From Rhizobium sp. Q54 (GTDB taxonomy: Bacteria > Pseudomonadota > Alphaproteobacteria > Rhizobiales > Xanthobacteraceae): a stretch of 64,000 bases of DNA. The DNA lies in NCBI GenBank assembly GCA_945861265.1, contig CAMAUC010000002.1:48035-112034 (forward strand), in the 5' to 3' direction. A program made the position numbers and the translations under genes. Shown piece after piece: positions 19,432 through 29,531 of this stretch. Positions within the stretch are counted from its first letter, which is position 1. Every line of letters starts with the position of its first letter. The notes under the pieces are model-generated. The model made no database searches and was not told where the DNA came from. It saw only the letters and a program-made list of their open reading frames with translations.

Positions 19432-20352
19432 ATGCCGATCGGGTTAAGAGCGAAGCGTATCGCTATCGCGTTTATCGGGTTTTGCGCTGTGCTGCCGCTC
19501 ACCGCGGTAGCGCAGGACGCGCCGCAATCAATCCCGGACGCCTCGGATGGCGAGCCCGCTTTGCGGCCGACCGTTACCGACGGCGAACCGACGCCCGCGA
19601 TGACCACCGAGGATAACGCCATTATTGACAAGGCCCTCGCCGTCGATCCCGCCAGCTATTTGAATGCGCCAGCGCGGCCACTGCGTCTGCCGGCACTGGC
19701 CGGCGCCAAGGGCATCGACCTGTCGCGCACCGACCGGCCGGATGGCTCCGGCACCGTCGTCGTCAAGAAGCCGCTGGCCAGCGAATGGGACGCCAATCTC
19801 GGCGCCGATCTCGGTTACGCCGTGGATACGCCTTACGGTTACGATCCTAAGAGGCCGTTGGGCGTCACCCGTAACGATCGCGGCGGCGCCGCCTGGGCCT
19901 CGGTCGGCCTGCCGAATTTCGCCAGCATCGACGCGCGTGTCGATCCGAACAACGAGCAGGGCCGTATCGGCACCACATTCAAGCGATCAATGCCTGTCGG
20001 CGATAAATTCTCGGTCAGCGTGCAGAGCCGCTATTCGGTCACCGAAAGCCTGGGCCAGCCGCAAGTGGCTACGTCCGATATTCCCCTACGCATCGCGCCG
20101 CCAAGCGAGCCGGCAGTGGCGCCCGTGGCGCGGGTATGGGGCAATGAAAATTTTGCCAAGTTCAACATTCTACCGACCGGCACGACGCTCGGCGCCGGTC
20201 TGAGCTCGACCAGCACCGATCCCATCACGCACAACACGCTCAGCGCCGAGCAGAAAATATACGGGCCCCTCGGCGTCACCACCGCGGTGACCGATGTCGG
20301 CCGCGTCAACGAGAACAAGAGCGTTACCGCCCGATTCAAGTTGACCTGGTAA
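19432..20352 (+). CDS. Hypothetical exported, possibly outer-membrane protein
   Basis: Signal peptide, beta-strand pattern, C-terminal ARFKLTW. Confidence 0.75.
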   Translation: MPIGLRAKRIAIAFIGFCAVLPLTAVAQDAPQSIPDASDGEPALRPTVTDGEPTPAMTTEDNAIIDKALAVDPASYLNAPARPLRLPALAGAKGIDLSRTDRPDGSGTVVVKKPLASEWDANLGADLGYAVDTPYGYDPKRPLGVTRNDRGGAAWASVGLPNFASIDARVDPNNEQGRIGTTFKRSMPVGDKFSVSVQSRYSVTESLGQPQVATSDIPLRIAPPSEPAVAPVARVWGNENFAKFNILPTGTTLGAGLSSTSTDPITHNTLSAEQKIYGPLGVTTAVTDVGRVNENKSVTARFKLTW

Positions 20353-20502
20353 TCGCCGCGCCTGCGCGCGCCATAAATCCCGCCGCGAAGCTGCCCTGCC
20401 CTGGCCCCGTGCCGGCCCCACCGCCGCCCTACTCGCATGCGGCAATCGTTGCCGCCGGGGGGCGTCAGCGCAATCGACTTTGCGCCTGTGCAGGAGTTGA
20501 CC

Positions 20503-21048
20503 ATGACGGCCATCAGACCCGAACGGTTTGGAGCGGATAGAATTGTGCCGGACAAGTCTGTTCCCGATAAATTCGGCCCGGAAAAATATGCTCCGGACCG
20601 GCGCGCGGCGGACAGAGCGCCGCCGGAGCGATTCCCCGGCGAACGCATCGTGCCTGAAAAGCTCGGCGATATCGGTCTGGCCGCGGCCAATGCCGTTGAG
20701 GGCGAAATACGCGAATTCGTCCGCCGCGACGTCACCGCGCTGCGCAGGCCGCGGGCCGAGGTCGACACCGCCGGCGATCCGGTGGCGGACAATCTCAATG
20801 CCTTGATCCGGCGCGTTTCGGGCGCCTCGATGGAGGAAATCGACCGCGCCATTCTCGAACTGCAGAGCGTGCGCGACATGTTGCGCGACGAAGGCGACCG
20901 CGTCAGCCGCGAGGTCGCCGGCTACGCAAGCCTGAGCCACGCGGCGATGACGGCGATGACAGTGATCGCCGACAGCCTGACGCAATGGAAAGGCGAGCCG
21001 CCGAAACAGGCGGCAAAAGCCAATCCGGTGCAACGCTCCGCCGGTTGA
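20503..21048 (+). CDS. Hypothetical protein with N-terminal pentapeptide repeats and a helical C-domain
   Basis: AGGAG RBS before the ATG at 20503. Confidence 0.75.
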   Translation: MTAIRPERFGADRIVPDKSVPDKFGPEKYAPDRRAADRAPPERFPGERIVPEKLGDIGLAAANAVEGEIREFVRRDVTALRRPRAEVDTAGDPVADNLNALIRRVSGASMEEIDRAILELQSVRDMLRDEGDRVSREVAGYASLSHAAMTAMTVIADSLTQWKGEPPKQAAKANPVQRSAG

Positions 21049-21064
21049 GCAGACAAAATGCGAA

Positions 21065-21094
21065 ACGCCATCGCCGGATTTCCGGCGATGGCGT
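21065..21094. terminator. Bidirectional hairpin between convergent genes
   Basis: acgccatcgccgg-attt-ccggcgatggcgt, 13 bp perfect. Confidence 0.7.
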
Positions 21095-21117
21095 CCTACA
21101 TTTACGGCGTTCCGCAA

Positions 21118-21921
21118 TTAAAGCGTGATCGCGTCAACCACGATGCGTGTCGCCGGCCACACCAGCAGCACTTTGTCCTTGGCCTTGATGTAGCGCAGCC
21201 CCTTGAGCAGATCGATATCATTGAGGCTTTCCGGCAAGGCCTGCGTTTCATTGAGCGCCTGTTCGGTGGACAGGATGGTTGCCGGCGCTAACGTTTGGGC
21301 GTCCGCTCTCGGCTGCTGCGCCGTGTCGGCCATGACCGACTGATAGATGCGCTGCCGCTGCGGTAGCGTCAGCGCCATCGGCATCGCCATGATCGGGACG
21401 CGATCGAGAATTTCGTTTCGTTCTGAAAATTTCGACGGCATGGTCTGACCGGTCGCGCCGATGGGACCGGGCCGGCTGTCAGCCGCTGCGCCGGCCGGAC
21501 GAGCGCCTGTCGTTTCCACTGGTGCGCCGCTCTGACCGGAGGATGCCGAAGAACCGCCCGGGCTCGACGAGTTGGCGCCGCCCGCGGACGCGCCGGGTGA
21601 CAATGGCCCACCGACCGCGGCCTGCCCGCCGGTCTTCGTTGTCGGATCGCCATCGCCCGACGACGTCGTTGCTTTGTCACCCTTGCCGCCCGTCGTCGCC
21701 GCGATCAGGTCCTGTCCAGGCACCGGATTCGGGTCGTCCGGCATAAGTTTGGCCGCGCGCGCTTCCTCCGTCGTCGGGATCTTCTCACCGCCGGCACTCG
21801 TGCCGATGGCGGTCTTTGCCGCGTCGTTCGCTTGCGCGAGACTGAACGTCAATGGCGCGGCGAAAATCACGCCGGCGGCCAATATGGTTGCCGAAAGAAG
21901 ATTGCGATTTGATAATTTCAC
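21118..21921 (-). CDS. DUF1236-like exported protein
   Basis: Signal peptide, Ser/Gly linker, C-terminal QRQRIYQSV...LRYIKAKDKVLLVWPATRIVVDAI. Confidence 0.7.
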   Translation of the reverse strand: MKLSNRNLLSATILAAGVIFAAPLTFSLAQANDAAKTAIGTSAGGEKIPTTEEARAAKLMPDDPNPVPGQDLIAATTGGKGDKATTSSGDGDPTTKTGGQAAVGGPLSPGASAGGANSSSPGGSSASSGQSGAPVETTGARPAGAAADSRPGPIGATGQTMPSKFSERNEILDRVPIMAMPMALTLPQRQRIYQSVMADTAQQPRADAQTLAPATILSTEQALNETQALPESLNDIDLLKGLRYIKAKDKVLLVWPATRIVVDAITL

Positions 21922-21951
21922 GGGAGCCTCCACGGACTGTTGTTGGACGAC

Positions 21952-21976
21952 AACGGCCGGGCGGCGCGGAGGTTGC
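21952..21976 (-). promoter_or_regulatory. EcfG-type promoter
   Basis: GCAAC-N16-CGTT on the minus strand, 30 nt above the GTG start. Confidence 0.55.
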
Positions 21977-22337
21977 GTTAAATTCGCGAAAATGTGGCGG
22001 CGTGAGGGGGCGCCATGGAAACCGAGCGCTCAGCGCTCCGTCAACGGCTGCGCCACGGCGAGGCCGTCTTCCAGATGCAATTTGCCGGACAGGTGATCCG
22101 CGACCACGACGGCGCCCATCATCATGACGAATAATGTGGTCGCGCCAAACAACAGGCCGATCATTCCAAGTGCATTTCTATCGGCCATTCGTGGGTCCAT
22201 ACAATTCTAGTAAGGTTGCGCTAAAATCCGCTTTAGCGGAGGCGTCGTTATCACCGGGTAAACGCGGCCAAAGCATGGCGGTTCCACAGCATTTAAGCTG
22301 TGCCGGCGATCACGAAAATAATGGCCAAAAAGGGGGG

Positions 22338-22610
22338 TTAGTTGGCGGCGACGGCCTTATCCGGCTTCACCGCCTTGCGCGGCAGCGGATAGTCGGCGCT
22401 ATCGTAAAGCTGCCGGATACCGTTGCCGTCGAAGCGCTTTTCCTCGACTTCCAGATAGGCGCCGAGCAGCAATTCCGGCGGCAATTCCTCGATCGCAAAG
22501 CGGATGGCTTCCGCCGCGGTCGGAAAACGCTTGTAGCCGATGGGACGGCGGGACTTACGGCTGCGGCTTGGGAATAGTTCGGACGGCGCCCGGTAGTTGA
22601 TCATCGACAT
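22338..22610 (-). CDS. Conserved-looking hypothetical protein
   Basis: GAGGAG RBS; [11 protein letters not shown]...[18 protein letters not shown]. Confidence 0.8.
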   Translation of the reverse strand: MSMINYRAPSELFPSRSRKSRRPIGYKRFPTAAEAIRFAIEELPPELLLGAYLEVEEKRFDGNGIRQLYDSADYPLPRKAVKPDKAVAAN

Positions 22611-22996
22611 CAGAAGAAACTCCTCGGTGCCTAATATGACCCTTTAAGACCGGAAAATCCAGCGCTGGCGGGCAGCGAAGTGCATGCGGGCGGCGAAAAG
22701 GTAAACCATCACGAGAGGCTAAAATCCGGGGCGGCGCGCCTTTGCCGCCACGCCGCGCTGACCCTTGGCGTCGCCGGAATACGGGTGCCAAGAAAATAAT
22801 CAACCGGAACCTGCGGCGGCGGCGGCGCCCATCCGCGCACGATGCGATGAGCCGTCCACCGCCGACGCCGCGTCGTTGCCAAGGTAACGCCCGCGATCCG
22901 GTTAGCGGTGAATTTCGCAAGCGCGTTCAAACTATTTACTGCGGCACGCAAGGCACTGCGTTACCAAAGAGGTGTCTCTGATTCGCGGGTCCCACA

Positions 22997-23383
22997 ATGA
23001 TCGTCACATCCCTGGTGGGGTTGTCGCTTGTGTTGAGTGTCTCGCTTGATGCCCGGATGCCGATGCCGGCAGGCGCGCCGGCCTGGGCGCAAATATCGGT
23101 CCGCCAGAAAGAATCCGCGTTGTTGCCGCTGGTGCTGCGCGCCACCGACTGCATCGTGCGCAAGGTCTCGGCCGACCGCCGTTACACAAACGACATCCGC
23201 CCGGTCGATATCAACGACCTGATCGTCGATTCAATTTCGGCTTGCGCGCGGCCGGTGCGGGCGATGATCGCCGCGCATAACCGCATGTATGGCGACGGTT
23301 CCGGCGAAGCCTTCCTGCTCGGGCCCTATCTCGACGTTCTGCCGGCGGCGCTGGTCAGGCAGGTCAAGGTGAAGACGCGCTGA
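22997..23383 (+). CDS. Hypothetical exported protein
   Basis: Hydrophobic N-terminus; ATDCIVRKV...SACARPVRAM; FLLGPYLD. Confidence 0.75.
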   Translation: MIVTSLVGLSLVLSVSLDARMPMPAGAPAWAQISVRQKESALLPLVLRATDCIVRKVSADRRYTNDIRPVDINDLIVDSISACARPVRAMIAAHNRMYGDGSGEAFLLGPYLDVLPAALVRQVKVKTR

Positions 23384-24566
23384 TAAGCGCTGGCCGTAGA
23401 ACAAGCGTGAGCGGCAGCGTGATCAGCACGACAGCCGCCACGACCATCAACGCGGTCGGCACGCCAACCGAGTCGCCAAGCAAGCCAAACAGCGCCGGCG
23501 AAACTGCGCCGGCGCCGATGGTGCCGGTATAGAAGATGCCGAAGGCTCGCTGACGCTTGGCCGGCTCCACCAGGTCCGGCACCGAACCATAGACCACCGA
23601 CGAGGTGCCGTTCAGGGCGATGCCGACGATCGGCAATAGCAGTAGCGCGCCTTCGAGCGGCAGCGGCAGCAGCGCGACAATGCCGACCGCGGTCACGATT
23701 TCGGTGAGCCAAACGGTGGTGACGACACCGACGCGCGCACCGATAAATCCGCAAACCAATTTGCCAACCGCGCCACCAGCGAACACCAAAGTGAGCGCGA
23801 GACCGACAGTCGGAAGACCGGCGCCCTTGGCCGTCAGTACGAATGGCAGGAAAGTGAGAAAGGCCATGCGAGACGTGCTGTCTATAATGCCGATCGACAG
23901 CAGCAACGGAAATCCATAGGCACGCCGGCTACCCAACGCCCGGCCGTTCTGTTCGCTCTTGCGCGGCTCTGCTCCGGCAGCATGAACACGCGGCATAAGA
24001 ATGTAGATCGCAATGCCCGCGAGCAAACCGAGGCCACCCAGCATGGCGACCGCTTCGCGCCAGGGCAGCACGACAAACATCAACGAAGCCACCGCCGGCA
24101 CCGTCATCTTGCCAATATCGCCGGCGAAATTATAGGTGCCGAACGCCTTCATCGAGCGCGGTCCGGCGAAGACCCTCGTCACCAGTGAGGAACCGATCGG
24201 ATGTTGCGTACTCGCGCCGAGCCCGCCGACGAACAGAGATGCGACAAGCAACACGACGCCCTGGCTCAACCCGGCCAGGCAATAACCTAATCCGGCAAGC
24301 GCGGTGCCGAGCGCGAGCACCAGCGGCGCGCCGTACCGGTCCGCCAGAAAGCTGGACGGAATCTGGAAGCCAGCCAGCGTCCCGGAAAAAACCGTGCGCA
24401 TTAGACCGAGCGCGGCATAGCCAAGTCCGAATTCAGCCTGCCAGATCGGCAGCATCAAATAGACCAGATCGGTGTAGCCGTCATGCAGCACATGCGCGCC
24501 GCAAGCCACGCCCAAGGCGTGACGTTCTTCGGCCTTGGTGGGGCCGCCAGCGGTTACGGCGGTCAT
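23364..24566 (-). CDS. MFS transporter (Fsr-like)
   Basis: HVLHDGY, ASTQHP, 12-TM pattern. Confidence 0.9.
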   Translation of the reverse strand: MTAVTAGGPTKAEERHALGVACGAHVLHDGYTDLVYLMLPIWQAEFGLGYAALGLMRTVFSGTLAGFQIPSSFLADRYGAPLVLALGTALAGLGYCLAGLSQGVVLLVASLFVGGLGASTQHPIGSSLVTRVFAGPRSMKAFGTYNFAGDIGKMTVPAVASLMFVVLPWREAVAMLGGLGLLAGIAIYILMPRVHAAGAEPRKSEQNGRALGSRRAYGFPLLLSIGIIDSTSRMAFLTFLPFVLTAKGAGLPTVGLALTLVFAGGAVGKLVCGFIGARVGVVTTVWLTEIVTAVGIVALLPLPLEGALLLLPIVGIALNGTSSVVYGSVPDLVEPAKRQRAFGIFYTGTIGAGAVSPALFGLLGDSVGVPTALMVVAAVVLITLPLTLVLRPALISASSP

Positions 24567-25045
24567 GGCTTCTCCCGACGGCGTTCGACGAAAGCAGTGC
24601 TGATGAATGAGATGACCGGCGCGCCGTTCTGATTTGTGCCGGTCGTCAGAATGACGACCAACCCGAAGCCGGGCCGGCTGCCGGACGGCCGCACCTCTGT
24701 CACTTCGCTTTTATAGTCGATGACGTCGCCGGCATAGACGGGCTTGAGCCATTTGAGATCGCGCAAGCCAAGCGCCGGCGCATTGCCGGCAACCGTTTCG
24801 CCACGCGCGCGCGCCGCATCGCTTTCGGCGCGGCGATAGTCGACCATCAGCCGCATCCAGGCCGACGCGGTATGCCAGCCGGAGGCGCACAGCGCGCCGA
24901 AATGCGAGCGCGCCGCTTCGTCTTCATCGACATGAAACAGTTGCGGATCGAAGCGCGTTGCAAACGATTTGATTTCGTCGGCGGTGAAAACATGACGCCC
25001 GGTCATGACCACGTCGCCGATCCTGATGTCGTCGAAATATTTCAC
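24563..25045 (-). CDS. MaoC-family dehydratase
   Basis: YFDDIRIGD, FDPQLFHVDE, ASGWHTAS, LKWLKPVYAGD. Confidence 0.92.
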   Translation of the reverse strand: MKYFDDIRIGDVVMTGRHVFTADEIKSFATRFDPQLFHVDEDEAARSHFGALCASGWHTASAWMRLMVDYRRAESDAARARGETVAGNAPALGLRDLKWLKPVYAGDVIDYKSEVTEVRPSGSRPGFGLVVILTTGTNQNGAPVISFISTAFVERRREKP

Positions 25046-25545
25046 GGGCTTGAGCCCGGCACGCGGCGGCCCATCATCAACGTATTGACCTGCGTCATGA
25101 TGACGGCGTCGGCCTCGTCGATCATCTCGAACTTGAATTTGATGAGCCCGACCGTGGGCTTGCTGTTCGACGCGCGCGTCTCCAGCACGGTCGCCCGCGC
25201 CCGGATGCGGGTGCCCGGCCGCAACGGCCTGTGCCAGTTCACTTCATCGACGCCTGGCGCGCCCATCGACGCGGAGTTCAGGATAAAGCCGTCGGCGATC
25301 AGCCGCATCATCAGGCTGCAGGCATGCCAGCCCGACGCCGCCAGCCCGCCCAGCAGCGTGGCGCTGCCGGCCACCTCGTCGAGATGCATCGGCTGCGGGT
25401 CGAACTCGGCGGCAAAGGCGACGATTTCCTCGCGCGTCACCAGTCGCGGGCCGTAAACGGCGACCGCGCCCGGCTCGAAGTCTTCCCAATGGAGTTTCTT
25501 TTGCGGCACGGCGACGCTTTTACCGCGCCGCGTCGGCCTTGTCAC
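25042..25545 (-). CDS. MaoC-family dehydratase
   Basis: WEDFEPG, FDPQPMHLDE, ASGWHAC, WHRPLRPG; start uncertain. Confidence 0.9.
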   Translation of the reverse strand: MTRPTRRGKSVAVPQKKLHWEDFEPGAVAVYGPRLVTREEIVAFAAEFDPQPMHLDEVAGSATLLGGLAASGWHACSLMMRLIADGFILNSASMGAPGVDEVNWHRPLRPGTRIRARATVLETRASNSKPTVGLIKFKFEMIDEADAVIMTQVNTLMMGRRVPGSSP

Positions 25546-25587
25546 ATGCCCGTCATGGTCGCTGGGCGCAGAGCCGGCCTGACAAAT

Positions 25588-26694
25588 CTAGTTGGCAAAG
25601 CGGAAATGGAGCACGTCGCCGTCGGCGACGACGTATTCCTTGCCTTCCAGACGCATCTTGCCGTGCTCCTTGGCGCCGACTTCGCCGCTGAAGCGGATGT
25701 AGTCTTCGTAGGCGATCGTTTCCGAGCGGATGAAGCCCTTCTCGAAATCGGAATGGATCACGCCGGCCGCGGCGGGCGCCTTGGTGCCCTGGATGATAGT
25801 CCAGGCGCGCGTCTCTTTCGGGCCGACGGTGAAATAGGTTACCAGATGCAACAGGGCGTAGCCGGCCTGCACCAACCGGTCGAGCCCGGTTTCCTTCAGG
25901 CCCACGGCTTCAAGATAATCGGCGCGTTCGGCTTCGGGCAGCGCCGCGATCTCGGATTCGATTTTGGCGGAAATCACCACAGCGACCGCGCCCTCGGCCT
26001 TGGCGCGCGCTTCGACCGTACGCGAGAAATCATTGCCGGTGGCGGCAGAGGCTTCCTCGACATTGCACGCGTACAGCACCGGCGCCGATGTCAGCAGACC
26101 GAGCGAATGGAACAGCTTTTCCTCGTCGGCCTTGCGCTCGACCAGGCGCGCCGGCTTGCCGTCCTGCAACAGCGCCAGCGAGCGCTTGACCAGATCGAGC
26201 ATTTCCTTGGCCAGCTTGGCGTCCTCGCCCGAGCCCTTGGCCTTCTTCTCGAGATTGTCGACGCGCTTTTCCAGACTATCGAGATCGGCCAGCATCAGCT
26301 CTGTCTCGATGATCTCGATGTCAGCGATCGGGTCGATCTTGCCTTCGACATGCGTGATGTCGGTATCGACGAAGCAGCGCACGACATGAACGATGGCGTC
26401 GACCTCGCGGATGGTGGCGAGGAACTGGTTGCCCAGGCCTTCGCCCTTCGACGCGCCGCGCACCAGACCGGCGATATCGACGAAGGTGATGCGCGTCGGG
26501 ATGATCTGCTCGGATTTGGCGATGGCGCACAATTTCTCAAGACGCGGATCCGGCACGGCGATCTCACCGACATTCGGCTCGATGGTGCAGAACGGATAGT
26601 TTGCCGCCTGCGCCTGCGCCGTCTGCGTCAGCGCGTTGAACAAAGTCGATTTGCCGACATTAGGCAGGCCGACGATACCACATTTGAAACCCAT
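25588..26694 (-). CDS. ychF: Redox-regulated ATPase YchF
   Basis: [43 protein letters not shown]. Confidence 0.98.
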   Translation of the reverse strand: MGFKCGIVGLPNVGKSTLFNALTQTAQAQAANYPFCTIEPNVGEIAVPDPRLEKLCAIAKSEQIIPTRITFVDIAGLVRGASKGEGLGNQFLATIREVDAIVHVVRCFVDTDITHVEGKIDPIADIEIIETELMLADLDSLEKRVDNLEKKAKGSGEDAKLAKEMLDLVKRSLALLQDGKPARLVERKADEEKLFHSLGLLTSAPVLYACNVEEASAATGNDFSRTVEARAKAEGAVAVVISAKIESEIAALPEAERADYLEAVGLKETGLDRLVQAGYALLHLVTYFTVGPKETRAWTIIQGTKAPAAAGVIHSDFEKGFIRSETIAYEDYIRFSGEVGAKEHGKMRLEGKEYVVADGDVLHFRFAN

Positions 26695-26706
26695 AGCGCC
26701 TTGTCC

Positions 26707-27309
26707 TTACTTCTCGTCTGCCGCGTCGCCGCCGAATCCTTTGGCGTCCATGCTCAGATGAATCTTGTTCTGAAACGTCGAATCCTTGCCCGCCGTCAAC
26801 AGCCCGGCATTGTCGGCGATGACGTCGCACAATGCCTCGACCCACGGCCACTCGCTCTTGGCGAAATCCTGCAACACATAGTTCTCGACCAGCTTCTTGT
26901 CGCCGGGATGGCCGATGCCAAGCCGCACGCGACGGTACTCGTTGCCGACATGCGCAGAGATCGAGCGCAGGCCGTTATGGCCGGCATTGCCGCCGCCGGT
27001 CTTCACCCGCACTTTGCCCGCCGGCAATTCAAGCTCGTCGTGAAACACCACGATGTCGCCGACGCCGAGCTTGTAGAAACTCAACGCCTCGGCCACGGCG
27101 CGGCCGGACTCGTTCATGAACGTTCCCGGCAACAGCAGCATCACCCGATCGCCGCCGACCGTGCCTTCCACCGACACGCCCTGAAAGCGCTTGCGCCACG
27201 GCGCGATGTTGTGGCTGCGCGCGATCGCCTGCACCGCCATGAAACCGATATTGTGGCGGTTGCCGACGTAGCGCGGACCTGGATTACCGAGGCCGACGAA
27301 AAGCAGCAT
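26707..27309 (-). CDS. pth: Peptidyl-tRNA hydrolase
   Basis: GLGNPG, RHNIGF, FMNESG, HDELEL, GHNGLRS. Confidence 0.98.
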   Translation of the reverse strand: MLLFVGLGNPGPRYVGNRHNIGFMAVQAIARSHNIAPWRKRFQGVSVEGTVGGDRVMLLLPGTFMNESGRAVAEALSFYKLGVGDIVVFHDELELPAGKVRVKTGGGNAGHNGLRSISAHVGNEYRRVRLGIGHPGDKKLVENYVLQDFAKSEWPWVEALCDVIADNAGLLTAGKDSTFQNKIHLSMDAKGFGGDAADEK

Positions 27310-27433
27310 GATTTAAATCGGCGTTGCCGCCTCGTGACTATTTTTGAGAAAAACCCGCCCCGGAAAAATTCCGGGACGGGCATTTTCAGGTTCACGCTTG
27401 CGTCGAAGAACGTTCGGCGAAAGACGCCGGACG

Positions 27434-28156
27434 TTACTTCTTGGCCGGCGCGCCGGCGGCAGGAGCCGCGGCAGCCGGAGCGGGCGTCGCACCGGGTGCG
27501 CCGGTTGGCGCGGCAGGCGCGGCAGCGGCGGCGGCAGCGGCGGCAGCGGCCGTTGCGGCGGCGGCAGCGGCGGCCTTGAGTTCTTCCGCGTAGCCGGAAG
27601 GCGGCACGACGGTGACCAGCGTGATGTCGCCCTGGGCGAGAACGCGCACGCCCTTCGGCAGCTTCACGTCGCTGAGATGCTTGGAGTGGTTGATGTCCAC
27701 GTCAGAGATGTCGACATCGATCGACTCCGGAATCGATTCAGCCGGGCATTCGACGTTGACGGTATGGGTCACGATGTTGACCGCGCCGCCGCGCTTGACG
27801 CCCGGCGAACTGTCCGCATTGAGGACGTGCACCGCGACCTTGACGCGAATGGTCGCGCCTTCGGCGACGCGGAGGAAGTCCACGTGCAGCGGCAGGTCCT
27901 TGATGGCGTCGAGCTGGAAGTCGCGCGGAATCACGCGATGCTTGGTGCCGTCGACATCGACATGGAAAAGAGTGGTGAGGAAGCGCCCGGCGTAAATACG
28001 CTTGCGCAGTTCGGCATGGTCGAGCGTGACCATCAGAGGGGGTTTGTTATCGCCATAGATCACTCCCGGAATACGACCGGAAATGCGTGCTGACCGGGAG
28101 GCCCCCTTGCCACCTTTCGGACGCACCGCCGCTTTCAGTTCTTGGACGGTAGCCAT
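27434..28156 (-). CDS. rplY: 50S ribosomal protein L25/Ctc
   Basis: GRIPGVIYG, PRDFQLD..KD.PLHVDF, SPGVKRGG; upstream of pth. Confidence 0.96.
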   Translation of the reverse strand: MATVQELKAAVRPKGGKGASRSARISGRIPGVIYGDNKPPLMVTLDHAELRKRIYAGRFLTTLFHVDVDGTKHRVIPRDFQLDAIKDLPLHVDFLRVAEGATIRVKVAVHVLNADSSPGVKRGGAVNIVTHTVNVECPAESIPESIDVDISDVDINHSKHLSDVKLPKGVRVLAQGDITLVTVVPPSGYAEELKAAAAAAATAAAAAAAAAAAPAAPTGAPGATPAPAAAAPAAGAPAKK

Positions 28157-28205
28157 ATCGAGATCCTTGTCTAACCCAATGGAAAAAGGCGGCTTTTTAG
28201 CCGCC

Positions 28206-28250
28206 CCGAACCGCAGCAAGCCTCCAGGGGTGCCGGGGGCTGCGGTTCGG
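28206..28250 (-). promoter_or_regulatory. Candidate rplY 5' leader hairpin
   Basis: 12-bp perfect stem ccgaaccgcagc/gctgcggttcgg, 50-95 nt upstream of the rplY start. Confidence 0.5.
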
Positions 28251-28309
28251 CCGGGGTTATAGCTTCGGACCCCCAAAAGGGCAAGGAAGGTCGGTAGGCG
28301 GCCGAAATC

Positions 28310-28594
28310 TCAATCCGCGGCCGATTCCGGGCCTTTTTTGCCCTTCCCCGCCGCCTTGGCTTCAAGCGCTTCGATCCGGGCCTTGAGCGCCTCGTTTTCC
28401 TCGCGGGCGAGGCGGGCCATATCCTTGACCGCGTCGAATTCCTCGCGCGGTACCACGTCCAGTTCGCGCAGGATGCGCTCAGCCTGACTGCGGAACAAAG
28501 TGTCGAACTCGCGCCGCACGCCCTGGGCCACGCCGGCAGCGTCGTTCATCAGCCGCGCCATTTCGTCGAAAATCCGGTTGCTGGTCTGGGTCAT
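28310..28594 (-). CDS. ubiK: Accessory factor UbiK (BMFP) family
   Basis: RIFDEMARL, LDVVPREEFDAV, LKARIEALE. Confidence 0.88.
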   Translation of the reverse strand: MTQTSNRIFDEMARLMNDAAGVAQGVRREFDTLFRSQAERILRELDVVPREEFDAVKDMARLAREENEALKARIEALEAKAAGKGKKGPESAAD

Positions 28595-28706
28595 GCGTCG
28601 TCTCCGGGGATTGTTCAGATAACAATGGCGGCACGGTCATGCCGCCGCAAGGCCTGTCGTGCTAACTGTTTAACCCGGGCGGCCCTTTAGCCAAGACGGA
28701 TTCGTA

Positions 28707-29531
28707 ATGCCTCTTTTCGTGATACCGTTTCCCTATATCGATCCGGTGCTGGTGCAGCTTGGCCCCTTCGCCATCCGCTGGTACGCGCTGGCTTACATCT
28801 GCGGCATTCTCGGCGGCTGGGCCTATTCGCGCGCGGTCATCCGCAACGACGCGCGCTGGGGCGGGCCGGCGCCGCTCAAGGTCGTCGACTTCGACGACTT
28901 CGTTTTATGGGTGACGCTCGGCATCATCCTCGGCGGCCGCGCCGGCTATGTGCTGTTCTACAATCTGCCGCACTTCGTCGCGCATCCGTTCGAGATCTTC
29001 CAGTTGTGGAACGGCGGCATGTCGTTTCATGGCGGCTTCACCGGCTGCGTTGTCGCCGTCATCCTGTTCGCGCGCGCGCGCGGTATTCCTATCCTGTCGC
29101 TCGGCGACCTCACCTGCGCCGCCGGGCCGGTCGGCATTTTCCTCGGCCGCCTCGCCAACTTCATCAACGGCGAATTATGGGGCCGCCCGACCGACGTTCC
29201 CTGGGCGATCGTCTTTCCGCATGGCGGGCCGTTGCCGCGTCATCCAAGTCAAATCTACGAAGCGGCGCTCGAGGGCTTGTTGCTGTTCATCGTGCTTGCC
29301 TTGCTGATCCGCGCGGGCGCTTTGAAGAAACCGGGGCTGATCATCGGCGCCTTTGCCTGCGTCTACGCAGTGGCGCGCGGCGTCAGCGAATTCTTTCGTG
29401 AGCCCGATGCGCAGCTCGGTTTCCTGTGGGGCGGCGCGACAATGGGACAATTGCTGTCGATCCCGTTGTTCTTTGTCGGCGCCGGCTTTGTTTGGTATGC
29501 GTTGAGGCATCCATTGCAACGGACGCCCTGA
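28707..29531 (+). CDS. lgt: Prolipoprotein diacylglyceryl transferase
   Basis: [47 protein letters not shown]. Confidence 0.98.
   Translation: MPLFVIPFPYIDPVLVQLGPFAIRWYALAYICGILGGWAYSRAVIRNDARWGGPAPLKVVDFDDFVLWVTLGIILGGRAGYVLFYNLPHFVAHPFEIFQLWNGGMSFHGGFTGCVVAVILFARARGIPILSLGDLTCAAGPVGIFLGRLANFINGELWGRPTDVPWAIVFPHGGPLPRHPSQIYEAALEGLLLFIVLALLIRAGALKKPGLIIGAFACVYAVARGVSEFFREPDAQLGFLWGGATMGQLLSIPLFFVGAGFVWYALRHPLQRTP

Noticed and set aside
22709-22951. 80-aa minus-strand ORF in the 22.6-23.0 kb gap
   Set aside because: No clear RBS, Arg-rich composition typical of spurious ORFs; not excluded, but unsupported
25231-27579. 782-aa plus-strand ORF; likewise 44855..47509, 35852..37888 and 3350..4747
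   Set aside because: Antisense or off-frame shadows of ychF/pth, ftsH, the EnvZ-like kinase and thiC, caused by GC-rich codon bias; no protein motifs
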